A program made the translations under genes and the position numbers. From NCBI GenBank assembly GCA_036379295.1, contig DASVGY010000001.1, positions 1,163 to 65,162 of the forward strand: 64,000 bases of DNA. The letters run 5' to 3'. Source of the stretch: Pelobium sp. (lineage in GTDB: Bacteria > Bacteroidota > Bacteroidia > Sphingobacteriales > Sphingobacteriaceae). Below are positions 9,915-18,431 of this stretch, piece by piece. Every line of letters starts with the position of its first letter. Position 1 is the first letter of the stretch. A model generated the notes under the pieces. The model made no database searches and had not been told where the DNA came from. It saw nothing but the letters and a program-made list of their open reading frames with translations.

Positions 9915-11228
9915 TTATTCAAATAAACGGTTATGCAAGCTTCTTAAAGTTTCTACTTTATCTTCGGTTTTTACCAGAAATGAAATGTTACAGTTACTGC
10001 CGCCATAAGAGATCATCCTTAATGGAATATGTTTTAAAGATTCAAAAACCCGAGCCGCAAAGCCATGCGAGTTAGCGCCCAAATCTCCTACCACACATAT
10101 TATCGACTGGTTAACATCTACTTCTACGTTTCCAAAATCGCTTAGCTCTCTGGTAATTTCACCCAAGTAACGGGTATCATCAATGGTTAATGAAACACCC
10201 ACCTCTGATGTGGTAATCATATCAATTGGGGTTTTATATCGCTCAAAAACTTCAAACACTCGGCGTAAGAAACCGTAAGCCAACAACATTCTGCTGCTTT
10301 GTATTCTAATAGCAGTTATACCGTCTTTTGCCGCTATTGATTTAATTTTCCCTTTCTCGCTTTCAGATGAAATTAAGGTCCCGGCTGCTTTTGGATCCAT
10401 AGTGTTTAGTAAACGAACAGGTATTTTATACTTTTGAGCCGGGAAAACCGATTGAGGATGTAAAATTTTTGCTCCGAAGTAAGCCAGTTCGGCCGCTTCA
10501 TCAAAAGATAAACGGGCAATTGGTTTTGTTCCTTTCACAATACGCGGATCGTTGTTGTGCATTCCGTCAATATCCGTCCAGATTTGAACTTCCTCGGCCT
10601 TTATACCCGAACCAATCAAGGAAGCGGTATAATCACTTCCGCCTCTTCTTAGGTTGTCTATTTCACCAAAAGAGTTTCTGCAGATAAAACCCTGAGTTAT
10701 AAATAGGTTAACGTTTACGGATTTATCTAGCAAAGGCTGCAAATGCTCGGTGATATAATCAACAATTGGCTCATTATCTTCATCAATCTTCATAAAATCC
10801 AGAGCTGGTAATAAAACCGACGGAACGTCAATTTCGCTTAAATAAATATGATAAAGAGTTGTAGATAATAATTCGCCCTGCGCCAAAACCACTTTTTCTT
10901 CAACGGACGTGAATAAATCGTTAGAAAAAGCATAAAGAATATCAAAATGATAGTCAATTACCTCTTTTCCCTGCGCTAAAAACTCGGGTTTGCTTAAAAG
11001 TTCTTTAATAAATATCTCGTATTTATCTTTTAGTGCCTTTATCAACTCGTTGGCTTTCTGTTTATCGGAAGCTAAAAATGCCTGAGATATTTCGACCAAG
11101 CTATTAGTTGTTCCAGAAACGGCCGATAATACAACTATCTGTTTTTCTGCAGGATTAATGATATCCAACAACTTTTTCATCCGCTCAGGACTTCCTACAG
11201 ATGTCCCTCCAAATTTTAAAACCTTCAT
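9915..11228 (-). CDS. lysC: Aspartate kinase with ACT domains
   Basis: VLKFGGTSV, LRRGGSDYTA, WTDIDG, ELAYFGAKILHP; in an operon with lysA. Confidence 0.93.
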   Translation of the reverse strand: MKVLKFGGTSVGSPERMKKLLDIINPAEKQIVVLSAVSGTTNSLVEISQAFLASDKQKANELIKALKDKYEIFIKELLSKPEFLAQGKEVIDYHFDILYAFSNDLFTSVEEKVVLAQGELLSTTLYHIYLSEIDVPSVLLPALDFMKIDEDNEPIVDYITEHLQPLLDKSVNVNLFITQGFICRNSFGEIDNLRRGGSDYTASLIGSGIKAEEVQIWTDIDGMHNNDPRIVKGTKPIARLSFDEAAELAYFGAKILHPQSVFPAQKYKIPVRLLNTMDPKAAGTLISSESEKGKIKSIAAKDGITAIRIQSSRMLLAYGFLRRVFEVFERYKTPIDMITTSEVGVSLTIDDTRYLGEITRELSDFGNVEVDVNQSIICVVGDLGANSHGFAARVFESLKHIPLRMISYGGSNCNISFLVKTEDKVETLRSLHNRLFE

Positions 11229-11423
11229 TGTTTACTGTAATAAATCTTAATTTGCACCTTATTTTAAACGCGGGCTAAAATAGCTAAAAGCTTTATTAAA
11301 AGCAGAATGAAATGCTAATTATATTAATTTGAATTTTGGCTCATTATCTGCTAAGCAGCAAAAATTAATTGCTGTTTAAAAAACGATAAAATTACAAGTA
11401 GTTATTTTTTAAAGAGTTGATAT

Positions 11424-11554
11424 ATCGGTTCTGGGCTTTGCGTAGTGGCGGACTTTTAGCACTAATGTTGATCCGACGAACGAACTTCAAATTTACAAAA
11501 AAGTTTCAGACGAAGCACTTTACCCGCCATTACCCAAAACCGATGTTATCTGCT
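11424..11554. repeat. attC-like imperfect palindrome next to the ABC-F gene 3' end
   Basis: GGCTTTGCGTAGTGGCGG (11434-11451) pairs 15/18 with CCGCCATTACCCAAAACC (11524-11541); ends in GTTATCTGCT (11545-11554). Confidence 0.5.
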
Positions 11555-11563
11555 TTACTTCTG

Positions 11564-13150
11564 TCAGAGTTGAATTGTATGGTTTATTTTTGTCTGCTCC
11601 AAAAATGTTTCATCGTGGGAAACGACAATCAATGTTCCTTCGTATTCGTTAATTGCTAATGTCAATATTTCTATGTTTTGAATGTCTAAATTATTTGTTG
11701 GTTCGTCCAATATAATGAGGTCAGGCGATTGATTGCCGATAGTTAAACAACAAAGCATTAGACGCATTTTTTCTCCCCCGCTCAATGTACCACAAGATTT
11801 ATCCCAATCGTCTTTACCAAACAAAAACCGATTAAGTCTAATTTTGACTTCGTGTTCTTGTAATGCAGTTGTGTTGAATTGTTGTGCTTGGTCGTAAACT
11901 TTTAATTGATTTTCTATAAGCGAATAATCTTGGTCGATGTAAACCGATTTATTTTCTGCGCTATAAGTTATTCCAATTTGTGGTTTTAATTGGCCTAAAA
12001 TTATTTTAATTAATGTTGTCTTACCTGAACCGTTTAAACCTTTCATAGCGAAACGTTCGCCACTTGTAATTTGAAAAGTCAAATCATCTTTCCAAAGCAA
12101 CTCATTTTTGTAACTGAAATTAATTTTGGTTGCTTTAAACAATATTTTGCCTTTGTGAAGATTAGAATTGTCGAAGCCAAATTTCATTTTATCAATGTTG
12201 GGCAAAGCAGAACGTAATTCTTGCAATTCTTGTGAAATGCGACCAATTTTTTCAGCGTGAACGCCTTTCATTTTTGAAGTGCTATTTTCAGCATTGTTTC
12301 GCAAGGTGTTCATCATTATTTTGGCAACGCCTGCTTTTTCTTGCTTGGCTTTTCCTCTGCTGTCCAGTTTTTGCTGTCGCTCCGCTGTTTCCCGTTCCTT
12401 TTCTTTTGCTTTTCGCACTGCTTTTTCCTTGCTTTGCAAATCCTGATTTAAAGCGTTGTTTTCTATTTGTTTTTGTTCGGTAAAAAATTCGTAATTGCCA
12501 CCATAAACTTTAATGCCGTGTTTAGTCAATTCGCAAACGGTGTTCAATAAGTTCAATAATTTTCGGTCGTGACTTACTACAATTAACGTACTTTTTGTAG
12601 TTTGCATAAATTCATACAAAATTTGTCTGCCCGAAATGTCTAGATGATTGCTAGGCTCGTCTAGCAAAACCAATTCGGGTTGATGAATGGAAATACCAGC
12701 AAGAAAAACCTTCGTTTTCTGTCCACCGCTTAACGTTTCCATTTTTTGCGACAAGTCCAAATTACTGAGTTGCCAATAATTTAAAGCTTCTGCACAACGG
12801 TCTTCAATCGTCCAATCGTCATTCAACACAGTGAAGTTTTCTTCGGAAGTATTTCCATTCAAAATTTCCTGCAAAGCATTGATTTTGTCTTCAACTCGTA
12901 ACGATTGTCCGATGGAAAGCTGATTAAATTGACCAAAAATTTGTGGCACATAATAGGGTTCAGCCAGCGAATTTAATATTCCATCTAATGGTTGTAATTC
13001 CTTTGCAATGATTTTCAGTAAAGTAGATTTACCTGAACCATTATTACCAATTAAGGCTATTTTTTCTTGTCGATTTACTGCTAGATTGATAGTGTCAAAC
13101 AACAGATTTTTGTTGGGATGTGTATATGAAATGTTTTGTAAAATAAGCAT
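11564..13150 (-). CDS. ABC-F family ATPase (ribosome-associated, ribosomal-protection-like)
   Basis: Two ABC domains (GNNGSGKST/LSGGQ/LLDEP and GLNGSGKTT/LSGGE/ILDEP), a long helical linker, no TM segments. Confidence 0.9.
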   Translation of the reverse strand: MLILQNISYTHPNKNLLFDTINLAVNRQEKIALIGNNGSGKSTLLKIIAKELQPLDGILNSLAEPYYVPQIFGQFNQLSIGQSLRVEDKINALQEILNGNTSEENFTVLNDDWTIEDRCAEALNYWQLSNLDLSQKMETLSGGQKTKVFLAGISIHQPELVLLDEPSNHLDISGRQILYEFMQTTKSTLIVVSHDRKLLNLLNTVCELTKHGIKVYGGNYEFFTEQKQIENNALNQDLQSKEKAVRKAKEKERETAERQQKLDSRGKAKQEKAGVAKIMMNTLRNNAENSTSKMKGVHAEKIGRISQELQELRSALPNIDKMKFGFDNSNLHKGKILFKATKINFSYKNELLWKDDLTFQITSGERFAMKGLNGSGKTTLIKIILGQLKPQIGITYSAENKSVYIDQDYSLIENQLKVYDQAQQFNTTALQEHEVKIRLNRFLFGKDDWDKSCGTLSGGEKMRLMLCCLTIGNQSPDLIILDEPTNNLDIQNIEILTLAINEYEGTLIVVSHDETFLEQTKINHTIQL

Positions 13151-13236
13151 AACTTCTTTCTTTAAAGATTATGAAATAGTCTAACCACTTTGTGGCTCAA
13201 CGTCTTTAATTGTCTGAGAGAAATTTTATTTTACAT
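13151..13236 (-). promoter_or_regulatory. Putative attenuator leader of the ABC-F gene: AUG-UAA uORF plus hairpin covering the initiation region
   Basis: ATGTAA at 13236-13231. Arm 13225-13216 pairs with 13160-13151 directly 5' of the ATG; arm 13209-13203 pairs with 13168-13162; inner hairpin 13183-13197. Confidence 0.55.
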
Positions 13237-13260
13237 TCTTGTCGCTTAGATTTTAGTTTG

Positions 13261-13268
13261 CAAATGTA
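13261..13268 (-). promoter_or_regulatory. Bacteroidota sigma-A -7 element (TACATTTG) for the ABC-F gene
   Basis: Exact TAnnTTTG match about 25 nt upstream of the uORF. Confidence 0.6.
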
Positions 13269-13420
13269 GGAATTATTTTCTGTGTTTGTTCGGTCTTCCA
13301 GTGTAGCAGATGACTGCTGCTGATGCAGCGAGGTTGCAATAGAGATTTTTCTTTGCCGATTGTTCTTTTTTAACAATTGTTGACATCGCGTGGATGCAGA
13401 CCTTTGAATTTTAGATTAAC

Positions 13421-14332
13421 TTAAATCATAAAGGTTTCGCCTTCTTGGGCTAAATAGGTGTTCGGAAAAACTTCCTTAGCTTCTTGCAACATAGGCGACA
13501 AATCGCGGTAACGAGCAGAAAAATGCCCAATCAACAGTTTTTTGACATTCGCCTTTTTTGCCAACTGCGCCACCTCAAGGGAGGTGGTATGGAAAGTCTC
13601 TTTCGCTCTGTCTTCCATATCATGCATAAAAGTTGATTCGTGGTAAAGTGTATCAACTGCTTCTAAATGAGTATCATAAGAACCATCTGCAAGCGTATCA
13701 GAACAATATGCGTATGCTTTAGGTTCATCCGGATCTAAAGTTAAATCCTTTGCTTTGTGCTTTACCCCTTTCTCATCTATAAAATCAATTCCTTTTTTTA
13801 GCAGCGCATAATATTGCTGCGGAATATTTAATTCTTCTGCTTTTACCTTATCAATTTTACGAAGCCTTTCCTTTTCTCTAAAAACAAATCCTGTACAAGG
13901 GATGCGGTGGTTTAACACAAAAGTTTCAACAGTTAAATCGTTGGTTTCTAAAATAACTTCTGGCTTTTCTGCCTGTGTAAATTTATAGGTTATCGGAAAC
14001 TTTAACAGCGTGTTGGAATGCTTAAACTGAAGTTCTAAAATTTCTTGAATCTCTGGCGGACTGTAAAGATACAAAGGTTTGGTTCTGCCGTTTAAATGCA
14101 TGGAAGATATTAAGCCAATTAGCCCAAAATAATGATCCCCGTGTAAATGACTGATAAAAATATGATCAATTTTATGATATTTAATTCCGTAACGAAGCAT
14201 CTGCTGTTGAGTGCCTTCGCCGCAATCAATCATCATTAGCTTATCGTTGATATTTAATATCTGAGAAGTCGGGTTTCTATGAAAAATAGGTGTTGCCGAA
14301 CTACTTCCTAAAATCGTTACCTCAAATTTCAT
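13421..14332 (-). CDS. rnz: Ribonuclease Z
   Basis: LGSSSATP, DCGEGTQ, HLHGDH, CSDT, HEST, HFSARY. Confidence 0.95.
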   Translation of the reverse strand: MKFEVTILGSSSATPIFHRNPTSQILNINDKLMMIDCGEGTQQQMLRYGIKYHKIDHIFISHLHGDHYFGLIGLISSMHLNGRTKPLYLYSPPEIQEILELQFKHSNTLLKFPITYKFTQAEKPEVILETNDLTVETFVLNHRIPCTGFVFREKERLRKIDKVKAEELNIPQQYYALLKKGIDFIDEKGVKHKAKDLTLDPDEPKAYAYCSDTLADGSYDTHLEAVDTLYHESTFMHDMEDRAKETFHTTSLEVAQLAKKANVKKLLIGHFSARYRDLSPMLQEAKEVFPNTYLAQEGETFMI

Positions 14333-14368
14333 TTGTTCGGATGTATAACCGGGTGCAGAATTTACCCG

Positions 14369-14743
14369 CTATCCCTCTTTTTTTAATTCTTTTTCAATCT
14401 CTTCCATAAAAATGAGATCAATAGCTTCTTCAACGCTAGGAACAATGGTTATTACATTATCTAACTGCGAGATGGTAATTAACCTCGAAACAGCATCGTT
14501 TATTCCTGTTAAAATAAAAACGCCTTCTGCGTTTTTACATAAACGATGGCCTACTAACAAACTGCTTAAACCGCTTGAATCGGCGTATTTAACTTCAGAC
14601 AAATCTAAAATTATGTTCCGCTGACCTTCGGTGTTTGTTAAAATCAACTCAGACTTTAACTTAGGTGAAACCAAAGAGTTAAGCTTATTTTCATCTAATT
14701 TAAGCAAGATGTATTTCTCGTGTTTATCTACAGTAAATTTCAT
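14369..14743 (-). CDS. STAS-domain anti-sigma factor antagonist
   Basis: ILDLSEVKYADSSGL phosphoacceptor motif. Confidence 0.9.
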   Translation of the reverse strand: MKFTVDKHEKYILLKLDENKLNSLVSPKLKSELILTNTEGQRNIILDLSEVKYADSSGLSSLLVGHRLCKNAEGVFILTGINDAVSRLITISQLDNVITIVPSVEEAIDLIFMEEIEKELKKEG

Positions 14744-14792
14744 ATAACAACTTAATTGTCTAAGTTAATTATTTTCTATTAAAAAAAGCAAC

Positions 14793-15740
14793 TTATTTAA
14801 CGGCAGCCAGCGCTGTTAATATATTTTGTTCAACCCTGGTGTAAACGTTGCTGGCATCTTCTTTTACAAAAGCGTTCCCCGTAATTTTCTCGTAAAGCTC
14901 TATATATCTGTCGGATATTGATTTAACTTTATCTTGAGTCATAGGCGGGACCTTTTGGCCATCTTTTCCTTGGAAACCATTCTCAATTAGCCACTGCCGC
15001 ACAAATTCTTTAGATAACTGTTTCTGTGGAAGCGCTTTATCCTGCAGTTCTTGATAGCTATCCTTATAAAAATACCTTGATGAATCTGGCGTGTGAATTT
15101 CATCTATAAGATGGATAACGCCATCAATTTTTCCGAATTCATATTTGGTATCTACCAAAATTAAACCCCGTTCTGCCGCTATTTCGGTTCCTCTTTGGTA
15201 TAAAGCTCTGGTGTAAGCTTCTAATTTTAAATAATCTGCTTCGCTAACAATGTTTTGCGCTAAAATATCTTCTCTAGAAATATCCTCATCATGCCCAACA
15301 GCCGCCTTTGTGGTTGGTGTGATAATTGGTTCTGGAAGTTTATCATTTTCTTTTAAACCATCTGGCAATTTAACACCACAAATCTCTCTTTTACCCAACG
15401 CATATTCGCGAGCAGCATGACCGGCCAAATAACCTCTTATCACCATTTCTACTTTAAACGGCTCACAAATTTTTCCGATGGTAACGCTTGGGTCCGGAAC
15501 GCTAAGCACCCAGTTTGGTACAATATCTTTGGTGGCCTTTAAAAAAATTGCGGCTATTTGGTTTAAAACCTGCCCTTTATAAGGGATTGCTTCTGGCAAA
15601 ACAACGTCAAAAGCCGAAATTCTATCGCTCACTACCATCACCAGGTATTGATTATCAATGGTATATACGTCTCTAACTTTCCCTTTATAAAACCCTGTTT
15701 GCTTTGGGAACTTAAAATTTGTTTCTTTTATTGCTTGCAT
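14793..15740 (-). CDS. purC: SAICAR synthase
   Basis: [43 protein letters not shown]. Confidence 0.96.
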   Translation of the reverse strand: MQAIKETNFKFPKQTGFYKGKVRDVYTIDNQYLVMVVSDRISAFDVVLPEAIPYKGQVLNQIAAIFLKATKDIVPNWVLSVPDPSVTIGKICEPFKVEMVIRGYLAGHAAREYALGKREICGVKLPDGLKENDKLPEPIITPTTKAAVGHDEDISREDILAQNIVSEADYLKLEAYTRALYQRGTEIAAERGLILVDTKYEFGKIDGVIHLIDEIHTPDSSRYFYKDSYQELQDKALPQKQLSKEFVRQWLIENGFQGKDGQKVPPMTQDKVKSISDRYIELYEKITGNAFVKEDASNVYTRVEQNILTALAAVK

Positions 15741-15747
15741 TGTTTAA

Positions 15748-15919
15748 TTAGATTTGAGTATTGAGATATGAGATATGAGAGCTTATAGCGTTTTTTAAAC
15801 TTTGTTTATTGAGCATTAAAATATGAAAGCGTCTGTTGCAAGTTCATTCACAAAATAGCCATTTTGTAAATGAACCTGCAGATCCTTCTCACATCTCATA
15901 TCTCACTTCTTATATCTAA
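15748..15919 (-). repeat. Inverted heptamer tandem repeats enclosing a 20-bp hairpin in the phoH-purC spacer
   Basis: (TGAGATA)-like x5 at 15748-15780, (TATCTCA)-like x5 at 15887-15919, stem-loop 15837-15880. Confidence 0.75.
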
Positions 15920-15922
15920 AAA

Positions 15923-16897
15923 CTACTGAATATCCCCGTACGCCTCTAAAATTTTAACCACTAATTTATGGCGAACCACGTCTTTTCCGCTTAAGTAAAT
16001 AATGTCGATACCTTTAATACCTTCTAAAATACGGAGGCCGTTAAATAAACCAGACATTTGCTTTTTTGGCAGGTCCACCTGCGTTACATCCCCGGTTACT
16101 ATAAATTTTGCCGATGGCCCCATTCGCGTTAAAAACATTTTCAACTGCATATCCGTGGCATTTTGTGCTTCATCTAAAATCACAAAACAATTATCTAAGG
16201 TACGTCCCCGCATAAATGCCAAAGGAGCTATCTCTATAGTTCTGTTTTCAAGAAATGTTTTGAGTTTATCTGCCGGCAGCATATCATCCAAAGCATCATA
16301 CAAAGGGCGCAAATATGGGTCAATTTTTTCTTTCATATCGCCCGGTAAAAAGCCAAGGTTCTCTCCGGCTTCAACAGCTGGGCGGGTTAAAATTATCCTT
16401 TTAATTTCTTTATTTTTTAATGCCCTAACAGCCAAGGCTACTGCGGTGTAGGTTTTTCCGGTTCCTGCTGGTCCAATGGCAAAAATTACATCGTTTTTAA
16501 CAATGCTACTCACCATTTTACGCTGGTTATCCGTACGGGCTTTAACCATAATCCCGTTAGGTCCAAAAACAATTACTTCTGACGATGATGTGGCAGCGCC
16601 AGCGGCTTTATCTTCTGCAGATTCGGGTGTTAAGGCTCGTCTTGCGCTTTCGCCTAAAATAGACTCAATATCATTAGTTGATAAATTTTGGTATTTATCA
16701 AGATGGTTAATAATAGCCGTAAGTTTAGTATTAAAGTGATCTATCTCTAAATCATCGCCCAAAACTTTTACCTCGTTACCTCTGGCAACTACTTTAAGTT
16801 TTGGAAAAGAACGTTTTATCAGTTCAAAATACTCATTATTTGGCCCCCAAAGTACCGCCGGATTAACCGTTTCTAAAGAAATTTGCAGCTCGTTCAA
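15923..16897 (-). CDS. phoH: PhoH-family ATPase
   Basis: GPAGTGKT, RPAVEAGE, LAFMRGRTL, DEAQN, GDVTQVDL, VVRH. Confidence 0.93.
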   Translation of the reverse strand: MNELQISLETVNPAVLWGPNNEYFELIKRSFPKLKVVARGNEVKVLGDDLEIDHFNTKLTAIINHLDKYQNLSTNDIESILGESARRALTPESAEDKAAGAATSSSEVIVFGPNGIMVKARTDNQRKMVSSIVKNDVIFAIGPAGTGKTYTAVALAVRALKNKEIKRIILTRPAVEAGENLGFLPGDMKEKIDPYLRPLYDALDDMLPADKLKTFLENRTIEIAPLAFMRGRTLDNCFVILDEAQNATDMQLKMFLTRMGPSAKFIVTGDVTQVDLPKKQMSGLFNGLRILEGIKGIDIIYLSGKDVVRHKLVVKILEAYGDIQ

Positions 16898-16998
16898 TGT
16901 ATAGATTTTATGTTTCTGTTACTAATGTGAATTAAAAATTTAATATTTGTAGCATTAATCTTATGCTACAAGATTAAGAATAAATATTCATAATATTA

Positions 16999-17781
16999 AT
17001 GGCAATTATTACTTTAACTACCGATTTAGGTTATAAAGATTTTTATCAGGCGGCTTTAAAAGGCAGTATATTAAGTACGCTACCGTCTGTTAATATAATT
17101 GACATTACCCATGAAATTGAAGCTTTTAATATTTCAAAAGCGGCATTTTTATTAAAAAACTGCTATCACTATTTCCCAAAAAACACCGTACATTTAATCG
17201 GGATTGATACCGTTTACAGCGCCTCTACAAAGTATTTGGCTGTAAAATATCGCGACCACTTTTTTGTTGGATCTGATAACGGCATTTTTTCTTTAATTTT
17301 TGAAGAAAACCCTCAGCAGGTAGTTGAAATAAACATTCTGCAAGATTTAAAATTTTTACATTTTCCTTTGGCTGATATTTTTGTAAAAGCTGCATGCCAC
17401 TTGGCTTCGGGAGGCGAGCTGCAGGCTATTGGCGAACCTGTTTTTGAAATTGAGGAAAAAACAAACTTTCACCCTGTTATTGAGAAAGACAGCATAAAAG
17501 GAAGCGTAATTTTTATCGATTCGTTTGAAAACGTGATTACAAATATTACCAAAGATTTGTTTAACAAGGTGCAGGCGGGGCGAAAATTTAAACTTCATTT
17601 TAAACGCGGCGAAAGCATTAATCAACTTTCGTGGCATTATGATGAAGTTCCGCAAGGAGATATTTTATGTCTTTTTGGAATATCAGACCATTTAGAAATT
17701 GCGATAAACAAAGGAAACGCAAGCGGCTTATTGGGGCTAAAAGCAAACGATAATATCTTGATAGAATTTAAAAACGATTAA
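16999..17781 (+). CDS. SAM hydrolase / SAM-dependent halogenase family (DUF62)
   Basis: ITLTTDLG, IDITH, DNG, IDSFENVITN, LEIAINKG. Confidence 0.85.
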   Translation: MAIITLTTDLGYKDFYQAALKGSILSTLPSVNIIDITHEIEAFNISKAAFLLKNCYHYFPKNTVHLIGIDTVYSASTKYLAVKYRDHFFVGSDNGIFSLIFEENPQQVVEINILQDLKFLHFPLADIFVKAACHLASGGELQAIGEPVFEIEEKTNFHPVIEKDSIKGSVIFIDSFENVITNITKDLFNKVQAGRKFKLHFKRGESINQLSWHYDEVPQGDILCLFGISDHLEIAINKGNASGLLGLKANDNILIEFKND

Positions 17782-17838
17782 GATTTAAGCGTGTTAAAAG
17801 GCTAAAGAGCTTTAGATAAATTAAATACTTTATGCAAA

Positions 17839-18348
17839 ATGAGATTATTAGTCATTACCTTATTTACCATACTTAGCTTAAAGGCATTCAGTTTTCAAAA
17901 CTCGGATAGCCTTGCCTACCAATTACAGCGGAATAAAATAAACAACATGCTAGATGACCGTGTAAAAAAGTTTGGGCAGTTTACCGAGAGTTTAAATAGC
18001 AAAACCGGCATTTTTGGACTTAAAACCAAAAAAGACATGCAAAAAAGCATGGATATTTTGTCTCAAATTATTGAAACGGACAATTCTATTTTAAAAGAAA
18101 CAAAAACTTTGCTTGATTTTAAAACCTACCAACAAGAAAAAGTGGTATCGCAATCTCAAGAATCTGAGCACAGAAATATAGCTTATATGCGAACAATTAA
18201 TAAGCTGCAAACGCAAAATGAATCTTTAACAAAAGATACTCAGGAGCTTAAACACAGCAAAAAATTTTACCAATTGGTGTCTTTTGCTTTGGCCTTAGCT
18301 ATCATCAGCTTTGCTCTGTTTGTATTCCGTAAAATTTCTACCAAATAA
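17839..18348 (+). CDS. Hypothetical exported coiled-coil protein with C-terminal TM helix
   Basis: N-terminal signal peptide, heptad-rich body, hydrophobic C-terminal helix then basic residues. Confidence 0.7.
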   Translation: MRLLVITLFTILSLKAFSFQNSDSLAYQLQRNKINNMLDDRVKKFGQFTESLNSKTGIFGLKTKKDMQKSMDILSQIIETDNSILKETKTLLDFKTYQQEKVVSQSQESEHRNIAYMRTINKLQTQNESLTKDTQELKHSKKFYQLVSFALALAIISFALFVFRKISTK

Positions 18349-18371
18349 GGGTTTTAACAAAAATTATATAT

Positions 18372-18379
18372 TAGTTTTG
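18372..18379 (+). promoter_or_regulatory. sigma-A -7 element (TAGTTTTG)
   Basis: TAnnTTTG match about 50 nt upstream of the ABC transporter. Confidence 0.5.
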
Positions 18380-18431
18380 CGCCGATTGTTAGCGGAAAAA
18401 TCACTTTCCGGGTTTACAAAACACCCTATAA

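Noticed and set aside
11229-11400. Lysine riboswitch upstream of lysC
   Set aside because: The region is very AT-rich with no recognisable multi-stem L-box structure or terminator.
11417-11659. 80-aa plus-strand ORF
   Set aside because: It runs through the attC-like palindrome and overlaps the ABC-F 3' end in antisense; no protein-like features.
15748-15919. CRISPR array (also considered for 55392-55502)
   Set aside because: Units are 7-8 nt in tandem, or only two copies, with no regular unique spacers and no cas genes.
16999-17781. Fluorinase/chlorinase natural-product gene
   Set aside because: It sits in a housekeeping context divergent from phoH with no biosynthetic cluster; more consistent with the widespread DUF62 family.
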